From Azolla caroliniana (Eukaryota; Plantae; Polypodiophyta), in contig JBHGNT010000018.1 in the NCBI GenBank assembly GCA_043228905.1, forward strand, positions 9,858,001 to 9,922,000: a stretch of 64,000 bases of DNA. The letters run 5' to 3'. A program made the position numbers and the translations under genes. Positions within the stretch are counted from its first letter, which is position 1. Each line of letters starts with the position of its first letter. The notes below the pieces were generated by a model. That model ran no database searches. It was given only the letters and a program-made list of their open reading frames with translations, and had not been told where the DNA came from. This document shows positions 36,453 through 48,504 of this stretch, one piece after another.

Positions 36453-36947
36453 CCTCTCGTGCCTTTCGGCGCCGGATCGTTGCGTGAGTCGGGTGGGAAC
36501 TATTGGGGTTTTGGACTAGGAGGTTGGATAAATCAAGGCAAATAAGAATGTGAATAGGTTGTAAGTAAAAAATATAAAAACCTCATGAATCCCACGGGTA
36601 TAGTGTATTAATCAACACTTAGATAAGAGTATGAATTTAGATGAAAAGAATTAGATAAACTTGTGAACCCACAAGTATAGTTTATTAATCCCCCTTTCTA
36701 GAAAATATTCAACAACCCATATAGATCTTTCTCTCCTCCTTATATAGTGATGGAAGAGTCTAAGTTTACCACATGCAAGCATCATGCCTTTTCTAACTTT
36801 AGTTTTCATGCACACTACATGTGCATGATTAGCTTTCTATCACATCTTTTCATTTAACTCGAGTGAGTATGCATGAATAACTTTTCCTATCATGCTTATC
36901 TAGAATATTTACATGGGATAAAGTTTAGTATAACTTTAAAAGTCATA

Positions 36948-37020
36948 ATATGCTAGTACAATGGTAACACTTAAAATCATTAACATGGAGGTATAGGGTT
37001 CAAATCCTACCCTCTGCATG
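36948..37020 (+). promoter_or_regulatory. tRNA-like A/B-box cassette in the H LTR
   Basis: TAGTACAATGGTA at 36954; GGTTCAAATCC at 36997. Confidence 0.65.
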
Positions 37021-37794
37021 TAACATAATTATTGTAGTATTTTCTCCTATTTCTTTTTACTTAGTTAATCGGGTACTCCACGCATATTTTACGTAGTTTA
37101 CAAACTGACACTCACCCCCTCCGAACCTGCACATCCTCTGGTATGTGCCAAAGTTTCTGATACTTGCTTGTTACTCTTCTTCATCCGAAGCACCCTCTGT
37201 CTGTTCCCCTAAGTTGATTATTAAATCCAACTGACTTTCCTCGCATTCTGCACCACCGTGATCTTTGTTTGATTGCTCCTCACTGACGGTCTTGTCTAAG
37301 GTCACGCAGGGTTTGTCGTCAGTTCGCTTCTTGAAAATCTTCACCTGTTTCCCCGCTATAGGCACCCATAGTATCGTTCCATCGAACTCACTTAGTTGGT
37401 AGATTCCGTTGTCGAAAACTTTCCGAACTTCGTATGGTCTGAACCACCCTTGAGCAAATTTCCGGATCGTTGTGTGTTGATGATCCAAACTACTGTCATA
37501 GACTCTCATCCAATCTCCTTCTTCAATCTTCTGTGGTCGTAGACGGTGTTTTGTGTCGAATTGCCTTTTGTTGCGGAACCACTCTTCTTGTTGTTGGCGT
37601 ATTGCTTCCGCTATGTCTTCCGGTCTTCTCTCTAGTTGTCGTATCCGAACCACTAGTAGTTCTTCCCGGCTCATCTCTCCCTCCCACGTCAGCACTGTCC
37701 ATGTTGTAATTGTGGTTTACGCAGACATTACCGATGCTTGTCCGGTCATAAGTTCCGTTGGCATATAACCAGTCACGGAACTATGCATTGTGCG

Positions 37795-40709
37795 TGTTAC
37801 CAATAAGAATATGCATGGAGGCATAAGGGTATGTGTAATGATGTGGTTGATGTGTATGTGTAAAGTAAATGAGTGTGTGAGGATGAGTATGTGCATGTGT
37901 ACAAGAATGTGTAACGGTCTTATTTATAACGGTCTCTTTTTGTAACGGATATATTATTTACCGTTACATTATGTATTATATAAACCCCTTATGGGGCATG
38001 TAATGAGATATAGTATTTTCCCCTCTCATTTGGTGTCATTTTCAATTTGTCGTTCTCTCTAGCTCTCTCACTATCGTAACCCCCTTGGGAGGGGGGTGAA
38101 GCCTTGAATGGCTTCAGCCCCCACCCTAACAGCACTTTTGGCACGCCCGAACGGCCGACCTCCCTTGAGAAGAGGTCGATCTCTCCCTCCCTCACTCTCC
38201 CTCTCCATCAGTAATCTTTCACCATCCCTCTCTATGTCTGTACTTGTGTGTGTTAGAGAGTGTGTTTTTTGTGCATACAATCACTATATGGTGAGTCATT
38301 TTTATTAGAGGTTTTTGGTGAAAGACTCTCTACATGATACGATGAGAGGTTTTTGATGAGATGAAAGACTTGAAGAAGACATGGAGATCATGGCTGAAGT
38401 TTCCATGGCCGAGAAGAAAAATTGATGCATAAGATTTTGGGAGAAAAGGATTCTGGAAGAATTAGTCCACAGTTGCGTCCCGGTGAAAAGGCTATCAGTC
38501 GAGCTCTCTTAGAAAAATGATTTGGAAGCACACAATATTCTTCTCCCTCTCTCTCTTGCCTTCCTCGTTCCCTTTTCCCTTGGTGGTGGTAGTGACTCGT
38601 GGGCATTTTACAGATTCTCAAAAACACCCACATGATGATGGAGAATCCACAGGAGGGGGATGATCATGATGATGACTTTGCATATGCTTGTGATGCCTTT
38701 ACCATCATCAGCCCCTCTCTACATTCATCATCCCCTCCTCATCTCACCTTCCTCTCTGCGTGTTTGTTTGTCTGTCCCAAATACTCTTCACAGCAATGGC
38801 AACGATCATCACACCCCACTCCATCGCTTTCACCCAAACTCTCTCCCCCTCCTATGGCAACTCTGAGCCTGAGTCTGAATCTAAATTAGAGCTATGATGG
38901 AATGAGTAGCAATGCGAACTCGGGATCACATGGCTCTAGATGTAATGTGCCTTATGCAAATGCACCTCCCTCTACAGTGAGCTCTTATGGAAACTCTACA
39001 TCTGGTTCAGAGAGTGGAGTGAGGCCCAGTTCACCACCACCACCATCTCCTCGCCCTGATGTTGCCAATACTGGATATGGTGGTTATTTGGATCCAAGTT
39101 ATGGTGGTGGCTCAATCCCAAGTGGGCTAAATCGAAGCTATTTTGTTCCTAGTTCAGGATTGTAGACGACGTTGAACAAACACCAATCAATGGACGACAA
39201 AGACAGGCGGCAGCCGACCAAACAACCAACAAACAGAGCCGGTGGCCGGACAGCCAACCGAGACACGGCGAGCCGGTGGAAGTAGTTAGACAGACGGTAG
39301 ACGTCCAACAAAGCTGACAAACGACAACAGATGGTCCGATAGAGCCCGAATGGACAGTCGGCCAACGACGAATGGCGACGGACGACGTCCGACAGCCGGC
39401 CTGCAAACAACAAGATGGACGACGACGGCCAAGTGACGGCCAGCCGGACAAAGACGGTCGAGTGAGTGACGGTCGTAGGACAAAGACGGTTTGACAACTG
39501 ACAGACGGCGATGGCCGGACAGAGCCGGCCAGACGGTTGGGCCGAGAATAGGCTAAGACAGAAGTGTCAGCCAAGAGCCTGCCCTTCGACATCCGATGGA
39601 GCGGACGAACGAAGATCGACGGTGGCAGAGCCCGCAAGATGGTACGGAAGCCCCAGAAGCCGTACATAGATGACCGAAGTTCGACAGGTGTCCGAAAAGA
39701 CATGACAGAACCCTCCTAACAATAGCGGCCGAGCCGACAGCCGATAGAGTCGGCCGGACAGATGGTGACGACACGGATGGAAATGGCCACAGATGACCAC
39801 GGAAAAAGAAAAAGATAGAACATACACACAAAGAAGGAAATCAGGAAGAAACGAAGAGGAGGAAGAAGAAGCAGAAGAAGAGATGAATGCACAAGAAGAA
39901 AAGAAAAAAGAGGAGAATAGAAGGAAACGAAGGAAGAGAAGAGGGGTATGAAGAGAAAATTTCAGAAGCATAAGGGTAGAAGAGAAAATTTCCAAAACTC
40001 AAGGGCATAAAATAAATAAATAAATGAGGGCAAAATTTTAAAGACCAAAGGGTATAAAATATAAAACTCACTTCACATGATGAAAGAAAGAATACACAAA
40101 TGCACAACACGATTTCACGACCCATGCCACAGTGAACTAGCCGATTGGTGTATGATCCAATCGTGACTTGTGCTGACCAAACGAGAAGGTTCGAGTCAAG
40201 CAAAGCTCTGATCGAAGTTATTAATCGTAGAGCAGTGATCCGGTCGAGAGATTTCCGACCATTGAGATGACTGATGGAGTTTTGGTTGAGAAGAGTTGTC
40301 ATAGCGAGTGGGTTCAGTGTGGAATGCACCGTCCCACAAGCGTGCCATGTGTTACCCATAAGAATATACAGGGAGGCATAAGGGTATGTGTAATGATGTG
40401 GTTGATGTGTATGTGTAAAGTAAATAAGTGTGTGAGGATGAGTATGTGTATGGACACATGCATAGTTATGTGCAAGTGTACAAGAATGTGTAACGGTCTT
40501 ATTTAGAACACTCTCTTTTTGTAACGGATATATTATTTACCGTTACAATATGTATTATATAAACCCCTTATGGGGCATGTAATGAGATATAGTATTTTCC
40601 CCTCTCATTTGGTGTCATTTTCAATTTGTCTTTCTCTCATGCTCTCTCACTATCGTAACCCCCTTGGGAGGGGGGTGAAGCCATTCTAGGCTTCACCACC
40701 CCAACAACA
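37795..40709 (+). mobile_element. Non-autonomous 2.9-kb LTR element (family I); LTRs 37795-38131 and 40350-40709
   Basis: Direct repeats TGTTAC...AACA; TSD GTGCG/ATGCG; removal restores host integrase PYALWAYRTMHSS; no gag/pol motifs; strand inferred from the TATA box. Confidence 0.88.
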
Positions 40710-42211
40710 ATGCGATATGCCCATAGTGCATACGGAAGCATTTGAGGCCAATTCTTCACCCTGCCATCTCATGCTTTTCCAAGTGCTTCAACGATTGGAC
40801 TATGTCCTCGTTCAATCTTCTCGTTGGCTTTTGGATTGTATGTCGTGGTCAGTGTTAACCGTTCTCCATGTTTGGCGAAGAATTCCCTAACTTTATCAAC
40901 GTTAAGTTCTCCCCGATCTGCAATCACTTGTGCTACACACCCATAACATGTCTTCCTCCGTAGCGCCCAACCTTCTACTTGGTTCGTCAGATCTTCCCGA
41001 GCTAATACCAAGTATTTCTTTTGTCCAATCCCAGTTGGCATGGCCACAATGTCGACCATCCATTTTAAGTTGATTGTCGGTGAGAATGTCAGATGTAATT
41101 CATCTCGATGTCGATCTCCGGAGTAGATTTGGCATTTCTCGTAGCTTCCTGTGAACTCCGCTACATCTTGATACATATTCTTCCACCAATATTTTTGCTT
41201 GATCTTCGTAAATTTTTCCCATGTTCCCCAGTGTCCAGCCCATTCGGATATTATTCTATTTCGTTGCTCTTTTGTTCTGACTACCCGCAGTGGTATGCCA
41301 TCCGGTCTTTTCGGCTCCCTCCAGATTTATCCATTGTTCAAGAAGAACTTCTGGACTTGCTGCTTCTTACTTCGGATCTTGGCTCTCTTTTCCATATTGT
41401 CTGATGATTCCTCGATATCTTGTAGCACCTTCCCGATCATCAGGCTTTCTCCCTCGTATTCGGCTTCTCGAACTTCTCGGATTACGTTCACCCGGCATAT
41501 GTGCTCTGAAGTAAAGTAGTTTTTGGAAACTTCTTCATTATCGGATTCAGCTATGTTGTCTCTGAACCGTGCCCTTGACAACATATCCACTACCGCGCGT
41601 TGTCTTTTCTGGAGATGTGCCGTACCCCCAGATTAAGTGACTTTACATATGCAATCCATCTTAGCATAGCCATATCCGGTATCGTACAACACCGCATCAT
41701 CCTGAGTATCAAAAGACAATCCGTTTCAATCACTACTTCGGCTCCGATCAAATAATCTCGATTTGATTTTATCGCCGACATGACTCCCCATAATTCTCTT
41801 TTAACTTATGCATATCCACATTACCTTTCGTTGAGAACTTTTGCTCCGAAAGAATCAGATATCGCGAACAATCTGAGTCAACTTGGTTGATGACCCATCT
41901 GATCCTGGTTGGACTTGTATCAATCGTTACTATGATCAGTCGGCCATAGTTCAGTTTCTTAAGTGCTTCTGCCCTCCGTAGTGTTTTCTTGAGCTTCTTC
42001 ATGGCTTTGGTATGTTCCGGCCTTCATTCGAACTTCTTACCCTTCTGCAACAAGTGATAGAGTGGATCCGCAACGTGTGCATAACGCGGAATCCATATGT
42101 GATAAAATGCACATGCACCAAGAAATCTACGGCCTTCGGATTGTGACTCGCATATTTCTTTCATAGCTTGAATCGCATCGATCGTGATTGATGACGGTCT
42201 TCGGCCGTAGG

Positions 42212-45200
42212 TGTTAAGAGTCTATTACTAATCAATAGACCAAAGTAAAGTAAAAGAACCAAAATAGATTGGATAGAAGAACCCATTCCACCCGACCACT
42301 CCCGAGCTATGATCTAGACATAGCCAACTGATCACCGAAGTCCCATACCGTCGAATATTAGGATGACTAATACCTTGGAAGAGATAAACACGATCGTCCA
42401 GACGAAAGCCTAGCCCACACCACCAGTGTCTAAGACAACAGCCTTCCAATGTAATGTACTTATGAGGGTAGCTAAGACTCATATTTATACCTTTTCCTAG
42501 GCCCTTGAATAGTCGTGCCTTTCTAAAAGGCTCTCCATTCATTGGTTGTCCAAATCATGATAGTGCATGCATCTATCATTCCTTCTATCCAATCATTAGT
42601 TCCCTTTTTAACATTAGTGAACATACCCTTCACTAATGTAAATATTAATGACCTACCCTCACCAACGTTATGTGTACATAACATACTCCCCCTACTTCAA
42701 AAGATTGCACTCTTGCAATATAAAGTGAGAAAATTGTGCCTTAAGAGTATGCTCACATTCCCGTAGACAATGACGTAGAGTCAGTAGGGACATGCAAAAA
42801 AAACTTTTTGACCAATAGTACATGCAGGAGGACGTCTATCCTGATCAACATAAAATCGAGCACGATCTTGAGCCGTCTTGACATTCTCTTTGGCAATATC
42901 CAACATTTGGTTCATGTCTTGCAAAAAATTGTGTGTACTGTCTAATGTGTCACAATGAATTGTGACATCAACTGGGGCATGTGGCTGAAAACCATACATC
43001 AACATAAAAGGAATATATCTAGTGGATGTATGTTCAGAGCTATTATAGGCAAATTCTAAGATAGGAAGGTATTGCTCCCACTTAGAAGGGGTTTTTGCTA
43101 CGTAATCTCGAAGCATGTCCTCGATAATTTGATTAACTCATTCAGTTTGTCCATCAGATTGAGGATGATCTGCGGAATTCATGCTTAACGTAGTTTCTAG
43201 TTTCTTAAAGACCTAAGTCCAAAAGTCACTAGTAAACTTGGAATCTCGATCACTAACAATATCCATCGGTAATCCATAAAAGCGAAATAACTCATCAACA
43301 AATTGATAAGCCAATTGTTGAGCGGTTGGCGTGGTTTTGGTAGGAATAAATCTAGCCAATTTTGTTAGTCTGTCAATGACAACCCAAATGACATCATGAC
43401 CCCTCTGTGTAAGAGGTAAACTAACAATAAAATCCATCGAGATACTTTCCCATTTGTTGTTGGAAATATCTAAGGGATGTAAAAGACCCGCAACTTTAAG
43501 TTGTTCTGACTTATTAATCCGACATTGTAAGCATTAAGGTACGTATTTATGCACGTCAAAGCACATCTTAGGCCAGAAAAAAGTACTCGAGATGAGAACA
43601 AGTGTGCGTTGTATTCCAGGATGACCAACAGATGGTGCATCATGACATTCATGAAGAATTTTCTGTTCTACGTTTGGTAAATCTAGAACATAGACCTTTG
43701 CACTACGGTAGAGCAAACCATTTGTAATGTGAAAGGTCACCTTCGAGGGTAGGGTGCTAGTATCGACATCTAAACCAAATTTGGCTTTCGTCCAGTATTT
43801 CAAAAAATAACTGTCATCAAGGTATTTCCCTCGAAGGTGATAAAAAAGATCAGATTTTATTTCTGTGAAGCTAAGCATGTTAACTTCTTTAATGCGACTA
43901 AGAACATCCGCAACAGTGTTCATAGAACCTTTGCGATACCATATGGAAAAATCAAAATCTTGCATAAGGTCAGCCCAATGGCCTTTACGACCAACAAGAT
44001 CTAGTTGGTCACAAAAATACTTCAATGATTGATGGTTTGTTGTAACCACAAATTTATTTCCATAGAGATAGTGCATCCATGTTTTAAGTGCATGTATTAC
44101 CGCCAACAACTCTTTCTCTTGAACTGAATACCGAGATTGAGCAGCACCAAGCTTCTTACATTCAAAAGAAATAGAGTGACCGCCTTGATAAAGAACGACA
44201 CCAATAGCATAATCACTAGCATCGGTTTTGATTGAGAAAGGCTTAGAAGGGTTTGGTAATAGAATAGTGGGAGCTTGGCACACATGCTCTTTGAGTGTCT
44301 CAAATAATTTGTCAAGTTGTTCATTCCATGCAATCGGTTTGATAGACTTACGTGGATGACCTTTAAAAAGGTCAGTTAATGGTGTAGTCAATTTGGAATA
44401 TTTACGAATTGATTTTCGTAAAAGTCCAACAAACCCTAAGAATGATCGCAATTCATGAATATTACGAGGAATGGGCCAAAGTTTAACCTTTTCAATACGA
44501 GAAGGTTCAATTTCAACACCATTTTCCGTAATTAAATGACCTAGGTACACAATCAATTTTTGGAAAAAATCACATTTTCAATGTTTTGCATAGAAAGAGT
44601 TGTCACTCAACTTTTGCAAAACAAATTGAACATGTTGAACATGATCTTACGAGGTACGGCTATATATCAAAATATCATCCAAGAAGATGACAACAAAATC
44701 ACCAAGTTGATCTTGGAAAATGTCATTCATCGCTTATTGGAATGTGGTTGGAGCATTAGTCAACCCGAAAGGCAGGACTAAAAACTCATAATGGCAATAG
44801 CGCGTACAAAAAGAGTTTTAAGGAATATCATCCTCGGCAATGCGAATTTGATGATAACCTGTTCGTAAGTCAATTTTTGTAAATTATCGGGCCCCATGCA
44901 AATGATCAATCAAATCATTAGCACGAGGTAACGGATATGCATTTTTAATTGTCATTTTATTCTAACGGCGATAATTGATACACATTCACCATGAACCTTC
45001 CTTCTTCTTAATGTGATTTACTATACCTAATGTGGCCCATGCTCAAGTATTCATTAAGTTGTTTAGTGATCTCATCCTCTTCTAATCGACTAAGTCGGTA
45101 AGGTGAAATGCTCACAAGAGCAGCACTGGGGATGAGTTCAATTTGATGGTCCACATTACGTTTTGGTGGTAAAGTAAGCGGCAATTCGTTAGGAAATACG

Positions 45201-48200
45201 TCTTGAAAATCATCTAAAATAGGGTCGAGTAATCGTTGTTCATAATGTGTTAATTGTGTGGCATCAATAATAAAATAATAAAATTGAAGCGCATGATCAA
45301 TTACACATGAATAAATTAATGAACTAGAATGCTCACTTAACGATTTAGAAGACACAAGTGAACGAGAAGGAAGTTTGGAACATGGAATAAAATGTTTACA
45401 ATTATTAAGTTCAAATGTGATTGAGTGATTAACCCAATCAATGGACAAAGAAGGGTTTTTATTAAAAAACCAAGGGTATCCTAAAATGACATGAAAGTCT
45501 AGCTTCTCCAAATAGGTATCTATTTGAATTGGTAGTTGACAAACAATGCCATTGATGTATTGAACGCTTCCATTTGCCATGTGAACTTGAGAGATATGAT
45601 CACTTGCGTTTATGTGGAGTTCCATTTGCTGCACAAAGTGATCATTAAGAAAACTGTGAGAACTACCGGAATCAAACAAATAAATATGCTTGTGTTCCAT
45701 TGATATACCCGACTGCTTGGAGTAAATCATTAGGTCCAAGTAAATGTGAAGGAAAAGTGCATTCACATGAACTTAAGTGGTTGGTATGAACTTAAACAAC
45801 ATCAAAAGACTCCCCTGTGTGACTCGTAGATTTGTCTTGAGGAGGGGTGTTCATTGACTTTCTCTCAAGCTGACGACATGTATCCTTTGTGTGGCCTCGC
45901 TTCTTGCAATATGCACACAAGAGGTTCGGTTTCTTGGAGTCGCGGTCAAGAGTGTCACTGGATTGCTTACATTTCCCAATGAACTTGACATTTAGAGTTT
46001 TGGCGAACTCAAGTTTATTGTGGTTTTTCTTAGAAGTCCTATGATACTAAAGTACAATGTTGACGGCTTCCTCGAAAGTTGCGGGGTCCTTGTCATGGAC
46101 AATCCAATGGTAATCCCCCTTTGGAATACCATTCAAAAAGCAAGCAACAAACCATTTCTCACCCGTAAGTCCTGATTTTTGGATATGGGTCCAAGTATGA
46201 TGCACATAATCCTCGAGAGACATAAATGGGTTACTTGACAACATGAGCAAGTGTTGCGCTTGTTCAGTTTGAGAAGGTGGCTACAAAAATTGTTTCTTAA
46301 AAACATCAATGAAACCTTCCCAAGTTGTGGGTAAGTTCTTTGGAGTCCTTAGGCCGCGCCACCAAGCAGTAGCTCGGCCACCTAACTCATGACCGACATA
46401 ACCAATTTTTACAACATCGGGCTTGGGGTGGAGCTCAAAATGAGACTCCCAACGACCAAGCCAAGTGCTAATGGCCTCCTCGGTTCTTTCTTTCTTATCT
46501 CCCTTGAATGGTATTACTACGTAAGAAGGCTCACCTTCTTTCTTGGACTCAATAGTCAATTCTTGGAATTTCTTTTCCAAAGCCATATTGGCCTGCCTCA
46601 TTTCGGCCAATTGATTCAAGGTAGTAGTGAGCAATTGCTCAATAGTGATCTCAACTTGTGTGCGAGATGCGGATTGGAGTTGAGAGGTCTCGGTCAGAGA
46701 GATTGCTCCAACAACGTTTCAAAACTTGTTCCATGATGTAAGTTGTGGGCATGCAATATAAATAAGGAGGTTCAGAAAATACAGAAGCAAAATGAATGCT
46801 TGAAATTTTGATTGTAAGAACTTTACCAAGAAAGCATCTCACGTCTTTACCCCTCTAGACATATGAGATGTGATTCAAGATCCGATAACTATGGTAATAC
46901 TATGGTGTTTTTAAAACCATGCGGGAAAACATAGCTAAGATGTCTTTCTCAAATCTCTATCTTGAATAATCATGGTGGCTCCCAAAGGCTCAACCATGGT
47001 TCTAACATCAACGTAGTTTCCTAGTTAGCCTTATATTAGAATGCCAACCCAACATGTATTGATATGGTCGAGAAAGTGTATTACGTGAAAAAGCAAGTGC
47101 ACTCGCAAGTAATATTCTAGTCTTGCAAGTAACAAGCAAATGTTATGACAAAAAATGATAAAATAAGGCACTACCCGTTATAGGCAAGTAGTGACAAAAA
47201 CAAGGGTCAAAAAACCCATGTTCTACCTACTAAAAAAATATCACAAATAAATGGATGGTGCGAGGTATGCACATATACATCCAAATATGGTGGTTGTAAT
47301 TCGCACAATTGTGACATTGTGCGCAAAGATGTAGCACTCAAATTTATGAGTAAAACATCAATAGGGGAACTCATATGATTTCACTTGAGTTCTAAGGCTC
47401 AATAATATGAGTTAAACCTAGATGACCCATTGGAAATAATCATTTAAAAAGCGGCATGATGCCCAGTCAATACGAAAAAGATAGACTACACAAAATTGTT
47501 ACCCAATAGGGAAACACATGTAAATAGTGTAGATGAACATAAAAATTAAGGTTTAAAAAATAGTGAATTGTGGGTGAGTAGATGAAAATCATAAGAAAAT
47601 CTTAAGAAAGGGAGAAGATAACTTGTGTAATTAAAAATAGGTAGAATAATAATCAATTAGGTGTATGAACATTAAGCATGCCTTAAGGTATGAAACCCTA
47701 AGGTAGTCAACATGCACCTCCTCAAGACCACCACATCTCCCTAGAATCGGCCAATTGATGGCTCAATAAAGAGTAAAGTGGCATAGGTAAGCGACATATA
47801 CCTCGTTAAGGCCACAACATCCCATAGAATCGGCCAAGTGATGGCTCAATAGAGAGTAGAGTGGCATAGGTAGGTGGCATACACCTCGTCAAGACCACAA
47901 TATCCCATAGAATCAGCCAAGTGATGGCTCAATAAAGGGAAGAGTGGCATACTCAACATCATATGCAAAAGGGCCATGAGGTGAGCGTGTACGATTAGGG
48001 CAAACACGCTCGACCCGATGCACAAGAATAATTAATATCGTAAGAGATGGCTCAAGAGAGGGGAGAGTGGGAGATACATCGCAATATGCAAAAGGGCCAT
48101 GACTTGAGCGTGTGCGATTAGTGCAAACACGCTCGACCCGATGCATAAGTAGATTAACATCGTATGATGGTAGAAAGAAGAAAGAAAAGAAAAGAAAACG

Positions 48201-48504
48201 TAATACCACTTCCATATGACCAAGAAAAAAGCATCATAAGAAAGAAAAGAGAGATCGAGAAAGAAGAATACCAGGTTAAGAATGTTGTTTTGATCCTGTG
48301 AAGAGCATGATGAGCCTTGTAAGATCCCCATCGCTCACACGCAAAAAACATCAAAACAACCAAAAAAATTTGTTAGTAAATGCTCTGATACCACTGTTAA
48401 GAGTCTATTACTAATCAATAGATCAAAGTAAAGTAAAAGAAGGAAAATAGATTGGATAGAAGAACCCATTCCACTCGACCACCCCCGAGCTATGATCTAG
48501 ACAT
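42212..48504 (-). mobile_element. Degenerate Met-primed chromovirus-type Gypsy (family B); 3' LTR 42212-42683, 5' LTR begins at 48395 and is interrupted at 48504
   Basis: PBS at 48382-48393, Gag with CAYCKKRGHTKDTC, protease LFDSGSSH, RT FTKIDLRTGYHQIRI, INT MDFIVSLP, PPT GGGGGAGTA. Confidence 0.9.
47705..48150. repeat. Tandem repeats in the family B 5' UTR (~85-bp unit x3, ~120-bp unit x2)
   Basis: AGAATCGGCCAA(T/G)TGATGGCTCAATA-like unit three times; ATATGCAAAAGGGCCATGA...CGCTCGACCCGATGCA twice. Confidence 0.8.

Larger units (their letters stand above)
36453..42211 (-). mobile_element. 3' part of a G-related Gypsy (family H): truncated 3' LTR ~36453-37110, then INT, RH and end of RT; probably continues at 63227-64000
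   Basis: LAREDLTNQVEG, KIERGHSPIV, ETDC; PPT AGGGGGTGAG at 37111-37120. Confidence 0.85.

Noticed and set aside
7779-37020. Functional tRNA genes at the A/B-box cassettes
   Set aside because: Anticodon and acceptor stems do not pair convincingly; reported as tRNA-like regulatory cassettes only.
38902-39165. Ser/Gly/Pro-rich 87-aa ORF as a captured host gene
   Set aside because: Low complexity with no recognisable domain; could be a gag N-terminal remnant but cannot be supported without a search.
47705-47950. CRISPR-like array
   Set aside because: The spacers are homologous to each other, so this is a plain tandem repeat in a retrotransposon UTR; no cas genes.
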